A DNA stretch of 32,000 bases, from assembly GCA_004284765.1 (NCBI GenBank), contig NQJD01000021.1, positions 1 to 32,000 on the forward strand. The letters are read 5' to 3'. This DNA is from Candidatus Electronema aureum (lineage in GTDB: Bacteria > Desulfobacterota > Desulfobulbia > Desulfobulbales > Desulfobulbaceae). Numbering within the stretch: the first letter of the stretch is position 1; the number at the start of each line of letters is the position of its first letter. The notes under the pieces are model-generated. The model was given only the letters and a program-made list of their open reading frames with translations, had not been told where the DNA came from and did not search any database. Positions 9,574-17,360 of this stretch are shown here, piece after piece. The position numbers and the translations under genes are program-made.

Positions 9574-10206
9574 TTATGCAAGAGGTCTATCGTGTTTCTC
9601 CAAATTTTTTTGCCGCCTGAACCCCATCCCTAGCACAAAAACCTCGCGGCTTTCCACGCGGGAGCTTTGCGGCTTGATGATTTTAACCTCAGCGAAGAGC
9701 TGCTTGCATTCCTCGACAAAAGCGGGGAAATCCTCGCCCTGAAAGACCTTGCAGTAGAAGCTACCGTTCTCATGCAGCAGCAGCCCGGCCAGCTCCAAGG
9801 CCCGGCGCACCAGCCGCAGTGACTGCTGATGATCAGTGAAGCGGTTGCCGGTGGTTGAAGGTGCCATGTCGCTGATCAGCACATGAAAACCGGGCCAGTG
9901 TTTGCGCAACTCCACGACCAGCTCGTCAACATAGACATCATAACAGAGCCAGCGAATTTCGGCATGGTCTTTTTGCGCCGGAATATCGGTGAGCTGGATG
10001 TCAACCCCCGCCACTACGCCGCCTTCGCCGATGATCTTGGCCGCATAAAGGCTCCAGCTACCTGGATGACAGCCTAAGTCCAGCACCCGCTGCCTGCGCT
10101 TGAGAAATTTGTGCTTCTTCTGGGCCTCTTCGAGCTTATACACCGAGCGGGCCGGATAATTTTCCTTCTTTGCCTTATGAAAATAAAAATCTTGTTCTTT
10201 ACGCAT
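9574..10206 (-). CDS. rlmE: 23S rRNA (uridine-2'-O)-methyltransferase RlmE/FtsJ
   Basis: 210-aa ORF. The N-terminus FYFHKAKKENYPARSVYKLEE, the SAM motif VLDLGCHPGSWS, and DMAPSTTG are typical of FtsJ/RlmE. Confidence 0.88.
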   Translation of the reverse strand: MRKEQDFYFHKAKKENYPARSVYKLEEAQKKHKFLKRRQRVLDLGCHPGSWSLYAAKIIGEGGVVAGVDIQLTDIPAQKDHAEIRWLCYDVYVDELVVELRKHWPGFHVLISDMAPSTTGNRFTDHQQSLRLVRRALELAGLLLHENGSFYCKVFQGEDFPAFVEECKQLFAEVKIIKPQSSRVESREVFVLGMGFRRQKNLEKHDRPLA

Positions 10207-10331
10207 GAGATTACTTCAATAAAAAATGCTTAGTTATAAAATAAATCAACGAGCTGCCAGTCAGTCTCAGGGTGAATTCAACTTGTAAGTGCAACGTATG
10301 CTGGGTTGAGAAAAGAGTGAGTTGTGGTAGG

Positions 10332-10544
10332 ATGATGGCTCGATTCTCACGACCAAGCAAGAGGAGCACGGATGAAGAACTCACCGAAGCAGAACGTAAC
10401 CAAATTTACGCCTTAAAGCAAGCAGGAGATCAGAAAGGTGGATATAATCAGCAAATGCACGGGACTCAGCCAAGAGGCGGTGAAGCAGCTGCGCAACGGC
10501 GGCTGATTCATCTGTCAGCACGTTTTACGGAGGAAAGAAGATGA
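10332..10544 (+). CDS. Small hypothetical ORF, possibly a frameshifted HTH-domain gene
   Basis: The frame-A product begins MMARFSRPSKRSTDEELTEAERNQIYALKQAG and then turns into low-complexity text. The +1 frame from about 10432 reads IRKVDIISKCTGLSQEAVKQLRNGG* with a stop at 10504-10506. Joined to the frame-A N-terminus, this gives a classic helix-turn-helix pattern (I..L...G.....I....G.S...V..L). Confidence 0.3.
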   Translation: MMARFSRPSKRSTDEELTEAERNQIYALKQAGDQKGGYNQQMHGTQPRGGEAAAQRRLIHLSARFTEERR

Positions 10545-10996
10545 GAGCAAAAGCATTGTCTGCGCTTGCAGCCGCGCTTATCCTGCTTGCGGCGGCAGGC
10601 TCCGCGCAAGCGGAACTTGGCTTCAGGAACAAAAAAAGTAAAATGCTGCACTTAGATTGCAGCAAAAGCGTCAAGGGGCGTTTCGCCTACACCTGCTATG
10701 ATCGTGACGGCAAAGAAACGCATCTTGACGAAGGGCAAGAATGGGAGTTGCTCAATCATCAGCAAGTCTGCTTCCAGCACAACGGAGGTAGAATACGAAC
10801 CTGCCATGAACTCAGCAAGCCCAGCAGCAGCGCAAAAAAGAGCTATGCCTGCTTTGATGCCGGTGGAAAACAGTCTCCCTTCACGCTGGAAAAAGAATGG
10901 AAGCGGCTGGCTGGCGATGACAAAATCTGCGCTAAGAAGCTGAAGCGTTTTGACGTGCCACGAAACATGACCATGCCCAGTCTGAATCTTGAATGA
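10541..10996 (+). CDS. Exported hypothetical protein with two Cys-containing internal repeats
   Basis: GGAGG lies about 10 nt upstream of the ATG. The N-terminal signal peptide is MRAKALSALAAALILLAAAGSAQA|E. The mature part has 6 Cys and two homologous roughly 32-aa modules (Y-x-C-[YF]-D-x-x-G-K...E-x-E-W-x-x-L...[VI]-C). I recognise no family. Confidence 0.6.
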   Translation: MRAKALSALAAALILLAAAGSAQAELGFRNKKSKMLHLDCSKSVKGRFAYTCYDRDGKETHLDEGQEWELLNHQQVCFQHNGGRIRTCHELSKPSSSAKKSYACFDAGGKQSPFTLEKEWKRLAGDDKICAKKLKRFDVPRNMTMPSLNLE

Positions 10997-11640
10997 GGGA
11001 AGCTATGCCACGCAGCGAAGCCGTTCCTTGGGCCGGGCTGATCGACATCGGCGCGATCACCGGCGTTTCTGTGGCTCTGCTCTACACGGCGGGCTGGTCG
11101 TATGCCTACCACTATTTTCAGTGCTTTCATCTCGGCCTGATCGGTTTGGAGATCGAGCGCGAATATTTTCTCCTCTATGGCTTCTGGGTCTGCAAGGCCC
11201 GCTGGTGTTTGGCGACGCTCTGCCTGCTCGCCGCCTTCGGGCTGCCGCTGCTCTTGCAGCGGTGCTGGCAGCAGAGGCCGGAGCTGCGCTCTTGGCTGCG
11301 GGCCGTTGCGCAGACAGGCGGGCCAATCGGCCTGCTCCTCCTCTTCATCGTCTTTTACCAGCTTGGCGCATGGACGGGCCAAGCCGACTTTGCGCGGGAG
11401 CAGCGCGGCGATTTTCCTTCGTATTCACAAGTGAAGGTTTGGCTGAAGGATGAGAAGGACAAACGGGGCGAGGCGTGGGCCAAGGGCTGCCACAGGCTGT
11501 TGCTGCGCGGCAAGGAGCAGCTCTATTTGTTCCGGGCGGACGGCGTGAGCGAGCGGATTCCCACGGAGATTGTGCCGAACAGCGAGGTGGCGGCGGTGCG
11601 ACTGCTGCCTTTATATCAGACGACGGATGAGTGCCGGTAA
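10993..11640 (+). CDS. Hypothetical integral membrane protein (about 3 TM segments plus a soluble C-terminal domain)
   Basis: The start overlaps the upstream stop (ATGA). Three hydrophobic stretches are present (GLIDIGAITGVSVALLYTAGW; YFLLYGFWVCKARWCLATLCLLAAFGLPLLL; GGPIGLLLLFIVFYQLGAW), followed by a charged C-terminal region. This frame is the only protein-like one among several overlapping ORFs in this GC-rich stretch. Confidence 0.55.
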   Translation: MREAMPRSEAVPWAGLIDIGAITGVSVALLYTAGWSYAYHYFQCFHLGLIGLEIEREYFLLYGFWVCKARWCLATLCLLAAFGLPLLLQRCWQQRPELRSWLRAVAQTGGPIGLLLLFIVFYQLGAWTGQADFAREQRGDFPSYSQVKVWLKDEKDKRGEAWAKGCHRLLLRGKEQLYLFRADGVSERIPTEIVPNSEVAAVRLLPLYQTTDECR

Positions 11641-11685
11641 ATAAAGGATTTTCTTTGGCGGAGCGAAGAAGACGAGCGGCATTTC

Positions 11686-11790
11686 ACGCTTGCTCTGAGG
11701 CGTGGAATGCTGACAATGGGGCAAGTCAAGCGTGAAACGTGGCGTTTACGGCGTGACATGAGGCGCGGCAAGCGTGACGAGAGGCGTTTT
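11686..11790 (+). repeat. Five phased 21-bp tandem units (three well conserved) upstream of the TPR-CHAT gene
   Basis: Units start at 11686, 11707, 11728, 11749 and 11770. Units 3-5 read aaGCGTGAaacgtGGCGttta / cgGCGTGAcatgaGGCGcggc / aaGCGTGAcgagaGGCGtttt. Columns 3-4 (GC), 12 (G) and 14-16 (GGC) are invariant in all five units. An 11-bp perfect inverted repeat is also present: TTTCACGCTTG at 11682-11692 and CAAGCGTGAAA at 11727-11737. Confidence 0.7.
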
Positions 11791-11794
11791 TAGT

Positions 11795-11810
11795 TGGCAA
11801 TGGGGCGGCT
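11795..11810 (+). promoter_or_regulatory. Candidate sigma-54 (-24/-12) promoter for the TPR-CHAT gene
   Basis: TGGCAATGGGGCGGCT has TGGCA at -24 and GC at the correct GG-N10-GC spacing. The -12 context is CGGCT rather than the consensus TTGCA/T. It lies 46 nt upstream of the ATG at 11856 and directly downstream of the 21-bp repeat array. Confidence 0.3.
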
Positions 11811-11855
11811 GAAGCTGCCTGCTAGGGAAAACAGGTTGCACGGAGGGCAGAGGAA

Positions 11856-14621
11856 ATGAAACGGATTGCAAGGATTACGCTGATTGTTGCGCTGCTGATT
11901 GGCGGGATGGTGCGGCCTGTTTGGTGTCAGGAAAATGTAGACAAATACGTGCAAGAGCTTAACAAAAAGACTGCCAAAGCATTCAAAACAGGAGATTCGC
12001 AGCAAGGAGCAATCATTGCTGAACATGCGTATAGATATGCACTTGAATATCTGGGGCCAGAACACCCGGACACGCTGACTTCCATAAACAACTTAGCTAC
12101 ATTTTATACACTACAAGGCCATTACAGCAACGCAGAACCGCTTTTAAAGCAGGCTCTCCGGCTTAGGGAAAAGGTACTTGGCCGAAAGCATCCAGCTACT
12201 TTAACTTCCATCAACAACTTGGCCACTCTGTATAAATCGCAAGGCCGTTACAATGAGGCCGAGCTGCTCTACAAACAGGTTCTTCAGCTCAGCGAAAAAA
12301 TACTAGGGATGGAACACCCGGATACGATAGTTTATATGACGGGCTTGCCAGTGTTGTATCAACTTCAAGGTCGTTACAGTGAGGCCGAACCACTCTGTAA
12401 GCAGACTCTTCAGCTCAGCGAAAAAGTATTAGGGAAGGAACATCCATACACTATATTGTCTATTAGCAACTTAGGCCAATTGTATCAATCACAAAGCCGT
12501 TACAGCGAGGCCGAGCCGCTTTTAAAGCAGGCTCTCCGGCTCAGGGAAAAGGTGCTTGGCCGAAAACATCCAGATACTTTAATCTCTATCAATAATTTGG
12601 CTGTGTTTTACCAACTTCAAGGTCATCACAGTGAGGCAGAACCATTTTTGAAGCAGGCACTTCAAGGCGGGGAAGAACTATTAGGAAAAGAACACCCTGA
12701 CACCATAAAATATGTCAACAATTTAGCCGCATTATACGAATCTCAAGGCCGCTACAACGAAGTTGAGCCGCTTTTGAAGGAAGCCACCCAGCTCAGTGAA
12801 AAGGTGCTGGGCAAGGAGCACCCGGACACGCTAACTTACCTCAACAACTTGGCCGCATTATACGGATCTCAAGGCCGCTACAACGAATCTGAGCCACTTC
12901 GCAAGAAAGCTCTTCAGCTCAGTGAGAAAGTGTTGGGTAGAATTCATCCACACACGCTTCTCTATCGGGAAAATTATATTTGGTTGTTAGTTAATACTGA
13001 CCGTCCTCATCTCGCCCTGCGCTTGCTGCAAGAGCAGGAAAAACTCCTGCTGTCTCGTTCCTTTCAGGAGATCTACACCAGCTCCAGCGAAAAGGTGCGA
13101 CGGCTGTATCTGCAATCAATAAGCAGGTTGCAGCACATCACTCTTTCTTTGGCACAACAGCAGTCGAAAGAAGAATATCAGCGATATGCCGCCGAGATCA
13201 TACTCCGCTGGAAACAACTCTATGCCGAAGAAAGCAGCATTCAGCATCGGCTGCTCAATCTCAGCAATGACTCTGAAGCAGAGAAGCTGCGGACAGAGCG
13301 TACTGCTGCACAGGCCAAAGTGAGCCAAGCACTGCGCCAGCAGAACATCGCCGAATTGATAGAGAAAGCAAATCAGGACGAGACGGCTCTGCTGGCCTTA
13401 GCGCGGCATTTGAAAACCAGCCTTGAAGTAAAAGATGTGACGCTTGACAAGGTGCTATCCGCCTTGCCGCAAGACAGCGGCCTGATTGAATACCGACTGT
13501 TCTATCCTATTGATTTCAAAACTGGCAAAGCAGAAAAACGTCATTTAGGTGCCCTACTCCTACTTGCTAACGCAAAAGCAAAACAGCGTTTTCTTTTTCA
13601 TGATCTTGGCACGTTAGCAGAAATCGCCAAAAACCGGGAAAAGACAGCCGGGATCTACAACCGGCTTCTCGGCCCTTTTGACGAGCAAATTAAAGGGTTG
13701 AAGCAGCTTTACATCGCGCCAGATGGTCATCTCAATCTTCTCCCCTTTGTTCCGATGCGCCTGCCCGATGGCCGCTTTCTGGCTGAACGGCAGCAGATCA
13801 ATCAATTGCAAACTGGCCGCGACCTGATTGAGAACAGCAAAGACTTTCCAAGAGGCAAGGGATTAGTGGCAATTGGCGGGGCAAAATATGTGCGCGATTC
13901 AATGCCCGCAGGCAAGACGGAGCCAGCTCAGACGCTTGTTGCGTATCAGCAACGCGCCGTCCGCGAGCTGGCTGAAGGCATCCAGTATCTGAAGGAAAGC
14001 AGGAAAGAGGCGGAAGAGATTTTCAAGAAACACGGAAGCAATCCTGAAGACCTGCTTCTCATCGGCGACGATGCCAGCGAATACAGCCTGAAACACCTCA
14101 AACAGCCGCCCCGCATCCTCCATCTCTCCACGCACGGCTTTTACCTTGGCGACGACAAAAAGGAAGACGGACTGACCGAACAACTCCGGGACGAGGCTCC
14201 GCTGCTGCTTTCCGGCCTGGCCCTTGCTGGAGCCAACAACTGGCTACAAGGCCGCGTGGTGGATTCGCACGGCGACGACGGCCTGCTTTACAGCTTGGAG
14301 GTACTCGGCCTCAACCTGCACGGCACGGAGCTGGTTTCGCTCTCCGCCTGCGACACCGGCAAAGGCGTGGTGGATTACTCCGAAGGCGTGTACGGCTTGG
14401 TGCGGGCCTTCCGCACCGCCGGGGCCAAGAACGTGCTGATGACCCTCACGCCGGTCGGCGACAAGTCCTCGCGGGATTTCATGGAAACATTCTACGACAA
14501 CTGGCTCAGTTCAAAGAAGAACATCAGTCCTGCGGAAGCACTGCACGAAACCCGGCTGCAATTCATCCACGACAAAAAGCCGGTGCAGGACTGGGCGCCG
14601 TTTGTGCTGGTGGGGAAGTGA
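11856..14621 (+). CDS. Signal-peptide-bearing TPR-repeat / CHAT-domain (caspase-like) protein
   Basis: 921-aa ORF. The N-terminus MKRIARITLIVALLIGGMVRPVWC|QE is signal-peptide-like. At least 7 tandem 42-aa TPR_12/KLC-type repeats follow (consensus KEHPDTLxSxNNLAxLYxSQGRYxEAEPLxKQALQLSEKVLG). Next comes a helical linker. The C-terminal CHAT domain has LYIAPDGHLNLLPF, ILHLSTHGF (His760, nt 14133-14135) and LVSLSACDTGKG (Cys832, nt 14349-14351). Confidence 0.85.
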   Translation: MKRIARITLIVALLIGGMVRPVWCQENVDKYVQELNKKTAKAFKTGDSQQGAIIAEHAYRYALEYLGPEHPDTLTSINNLATFYTLQGHYSNAEPLLKQALRLREKVLGRKHPATLTSINNLATLYKSQGRYNEAELLYKQVLQLSEKILGMEHPDTIVYMTGLPVLYQLQGRYSEAEPLCKQTLQLSEKVLGKEHPYTILSISNLGQLYQSQSRYSEAEPLLKQALRLREKVLGRKHPDTLISINNLAVFYQLQGHHSEAEPFLKQALQGGEELLGKEHPDTIKYVNNLAALYESQGRYNEVEPLLKEATQLSEKVLGKEHPDTLTYLNNLAALYGSQGRYNESEPLRKKALQLSEKVLGRIHPHTLLYRENYIWLLVNTDRPHLALRLLQEQEKLLLSRSFQEIYTSSSEKVRRLYLQSISRLQHITLSLAQQQSKEEYQRYAAEIILRWKQLYAEESSIQHRLLNLSNDSEAEKLRTERTAAQAKVSQALRQQNIAELIEKANQDETALLALARHLKTSLEVKDVTLDKVLSALPQDSGLIEYRLFYPIDFKTGKAEKRHLGALLLLANAKAKQRFLFHDLGTLAEIAKNREKTAGIYNRLLGPFDEQIKGLKQLYIAPDGHLNLLPFVPMRLPDGRFLAERQQINQLQTGRDLIENSKDFPRGKGLVAIGGAKYVRDSMPAGKTEPAQTLVAYQQRAVRELAEGIQYLKESRKEAEEIFKKHGSNPEDLLLIGDDASEYSLKHLKQPPRILHLSTHGFYLGDDKKEDGLTEQLRDEAPLLLSGLALAGANNWLQGRVVDSHGDDGLLYSLEVLGLNLHGTELVSLSACDTGKGVVDYSEGVYGLVRAFRTAGAKNVLMTLTPVGDKSSRDFMETFYDNWLSSKKNISPAEALHETRLQFIHDKKPVQDWAPFVLVGK

Positions 14622-14634
14622 ACTGACACCAGCC

Positions 14635-17250
14635 TTACTGCAAGCTCTTCGCCATCACCTCGCTCACATCCCGCGACAAGCCCGGCAGCGCGGCGATCTG
14701 CTCCAGCGTCCGCCGCATGAGCTGCTGGCGGTCAGCATCATAGCGTTTCCATTGCGTGAGCGGAGTCAGCAGCCGCGCTGCCGCCTGCGGGTTCATCGGA
14801 TCAAGCTCGGCCACGCAGTCGGCAAGGAAGGCGTAGCCGCTGCCGTCCGGGGCATGAAACTGGCGCAGATTGCCGCCAAAGGCCCCGATCAGCGAGCGCA
14901 CCTTGTTGGGATTCTTCATGCTGAAGGCCGGATGGAGCAGCAGCTCTCGCACCCGCTGCAAGGTGCCGGGCAGGCTGCACGTTGCCTGAAGAATGAGCCG
15001 CTTGTCCACGACCAGCGGATCGTGCTGCCATTTAGCGTAGAACTCCGCCAGCAGCGCGTCGCCAGCGGCACGGTCAGCATTGACCACTACAGCCAAGGCA
15101 GCGGCGGCATCGGTCATGTTGTCCGCCTGCCGGTATTGATTCACGGCCAAGTCGAGCAGATCAGCGGCAACAACTTCCCCCGGCGCGGCGGCTGAGAGAT
15201 ACGCCAAGCAGCAGTTACGCAGCGAACGGCGACCTGCCTCGTCGCCAGAGTAACAATACGGTGCCGCGCTGCTCAATTGCTGATAGCGGGCTAGCAATTC
15301 CGCCTGATGCCGCTGCCTGAGCTGACTGCGGAAACCCTGCCGCACGATGAACACCGCTTCCGGGTCAATCACCGCGAGCTGCTGGCTGATCCAGCCTTCC
15401 GCAGGCAGCACCAGAGCGAGGGCGGGAAAGGCCGGGTCGCTTTCCTCATCCGCCAGTAACCGGGCGAAAGCCTGCTGAAACAGCTCCGGCAGCATTGCCG
15501 CCCTGCCCTGCTGCCAGTCAGCAATTCCTTGCAGCAAACAGCGCAGGCCGAGCTGCTGACCTGCGTCCCAGCGGTTGAACGGGTCGCGGTCATGGGCCAT
15601 GAGAAAGGCCAGCTCCTCGTCCTGCAAATCGGACTCCACTTTGACCGGCGCGGCAAAGCTGCGGTTGAAGGACAGCACCGGCTTTGCCGCAATCCCGGTG
15701 AAACGGAATTCCTTGGTCTCCTGATCCAACAGCAGCACTTCGTCGCGGATGTCCTTGCCGCTGCTGTCAAGTAAGCCAATTCTGACGGGCATGAAGAAAG
15801 GCTGTTTCTCCACCTGTCCCGGTGTTGCGGGACAGGACTGGCTGACGGTCAGCACATAGTCCTGATCCGCCACGTCATACTCCTGAGAAACCCGCAGCGA
15901 CGGCGTTCCGGCTTGATTGTACCAGAGCTGGAACTGGCTGAGATCAAAGCCGTTGGCATCCTGCATCGCTTGGACAAAGTCCTCACAGGTCACGGCTTGG
16001 CCGTCGTGCCGCTGGAAATACAAATCCATGCCCTTGCGGAAGCCAGCCGCGCCGAGCAGCGTGTGCAGCATCCGTATCACTTCCGCGCCCTTGTTATAAA
16101 CCGTGGCGGTGTAGAAGTTGTTGATTTCGACATACGACGCAGGCCGCACCGGATGCGCGGTCGGACCGCTGTCCTCGCGGAACTGGATGTTACGGATATA
16201 GTTGGCATCCTGAATCCGCTGCACGGCCCGCGACCCCATGTCCGCCGAGAATTCCTGGTCGCGGAACACAGTCAGCCCTTCCTTGAGACTGAGCTGGAAC
16301 CAGTCGCGGCAGGTGATGCGGTTGCCGGTCCAATTGTGAAAATACTCGTGAGCAATGACCGCCTCGATGCCCTCGTAATCGCTGTCCGTGGCGGTCTCAG
16401 GCTGGGCCAGCACATACTTGGAATTAAAGACGTTCAGCCCCTTATTCTCCATCGCGCCCATATTGAAATCATCCACGGCCACGATCATGTAGGTGTCGAG
16501 ATCGTATTCCCGCCCGAACACCTCTTCGTCCCAGCGCATGGCTTTCTTGAGCGACTGCATGGCGTGAGCGCACTTGTCGCGGTTGCGCTCCTCGACGTAA
16601 ATGTGCAGGCTGACTTCGCGGCCCGACATGGTGGTGAACGAATCTTCAATGCGGACGAGCTGACCCGCCACCAGCGCGAAAAGGTAGCTAGGCTTAGGGA
16701 AAGGATCGTGCCACGTGGCGAAATGGCGGCCATCGTCGAATTGGCCTTGCTCAATCAAGTTGCCGTTCGAGAGCAGCACCGGGCAGCTTGCCTGCGGACC
16801 AATCACCGTGACTGTGAAGACGGCCATCACATCCGGGCGGTCAGGCCAGCAGGTGATGCGGCGGAAGCCCTCGGCCTCGCACTGGGTGCAGTAGTTGCCG
16901 GAGGAGAGATACAGCCCTTCCAAGGCGGTGTTGCTTGCCGGTGCGATGCGCGTTGCAATCTCCAGCTCAAACTGCTCCGGCACTGCCTCGATGCGCAGCG
17001 TGCCGTCCGCAAAGATGTATTCTTCAGCCGCCAGCCTGCGTCCGTCCAGCGCGACCGAGACCAATTCCAGATGCTCGCCGTCCAATTCCAGCGCAGCCTG
17101 CTGGTTCTCCGCCGCCGGATTGCGCCGGAAGCTGCTGCGGGCCGTGACCTTGGTCTGCGTCGGGTCAAGCTCGACGGTCAGATGAACGGCGGAAACCGTG
17201 AAGGGATAAGGCGTGTAGTCTTTCAGGTGAATCGCGCTGTGCTGGGGCAT
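14635..17250 (-). CDS. pepN: Aminopeptidase N (M1 family zinc metallopeptidase)
   Basis: 871-aa ORF that is collinear with E. coli PepN. Shared motifs include TALEGLY, CTQCEAEGFRRIT, GAMENKGLN, the zinc site HEYFHNWTGNR..WFQLSLKEGLTVF, and C-terminal NPNKVRSLIGAF. Confidence 0.95.
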   Translation of the reverse strand: MPQHSAIHLKDYTPYPFTVSAVHLTVELDPTQTKVTARSSFRRNPAAENQQAALELDGEHLELVSVALDGRRLAAEEYIFADGTLRIEAVPEQFELEIATRIAPASNTALEGLYLSSGNYCTQCEAEGFRRITCWPDRPDVMAVFTVTVIGPQASCPVLLSNGNLIEQGQFDDGRHFATWHDPFPKPSYLFALVAGQLVRIEDSFTTMSGREVSLHIYVEERNRDKCAHAMQSLKKAMRWDEEVFGREYDLDTYMIVAVDDFNMGAMENKGLNVFNSKYVLAQPETATDSDYEGIEAVIAHEYFHNWTGNRITCRDWFQLSLKEGLTVFRDQEFSADMGSRAVQRIQDANYIRNIQFREDSGPTAHPVRPASYVEINNFYTATVYNKGAEVIRMLHTLLGAAGFRKGMDLYFQRHDGQAVTCEDFVQAMQDANGFDLSQFQLWYNQAGTPSLRVSQEYDVADQDYVLTVSQSCPATPGQVEKQPFFMPVRIGLLDSSGKDIRDEVLLLDQETKEFRFTGIAAKPVLSFNRSFAAPVKVESDLQDEELAFLMAHDRDPFNRWDAGQQLGLRCLLQGIADWQQGRAAMLPELFQQAFARLLADEESDPAFPALALVLPAEGWISQQLAVIDPEAVFIVRQGFRSQLRQRHQAELLARYQQLSSAAPYCYSGDEAGRRSLRNCCLAYLSAAAPGEVVAADLLDLAVNQYRQADNMTDAAAALAVVVNADRAAGDALLAEFYAKWQHDPLVVDKRLILQATCSLPGTLQRVRELLLHPAFSMKNPNKVRSLIGAFGGNLRQFHAPDGSGYAFLADCVAELDPMNPQAAARLLTPLTQWKRYDADRQQLMRRTLEQIAALPGLSRDVSEVMAKSLQ

Positions 17251-17360
17251 GGTCTGGCTGAAGGTTGAAGTAGAAGCGAAGGAAAGTTTGAGAAAATCTA
17301 AAGCACCATTGCCCGGATTGCAAGGGACAAGTGATATGAGCAGACAAGCGAGGGCCGAGA

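Noticed and set aside
10843-11453. Several overlapping ORFs (10843..11382 -, 10989..11453 +, 11057..11326 -, 11177..11434 +) in the GC-rich stretch
   Set aside because: Only the 10993..11640 frame gives clean hydrophobic TM segments and a stop/start overlap with the upstream gene. The others are Arg/Ala/Pro-rich and look like frame artefacts.
15913-17268. 451-aa ORF on the + strand, antisense to pepN
   Set aside because: pepN on the minus strand is unambiguous (GAMEN, HEYFHNWTGNR). The antisense product is Arg/Leu/Ala/Val-rich with no motifs, as expected from GC3-rich coding DNA.
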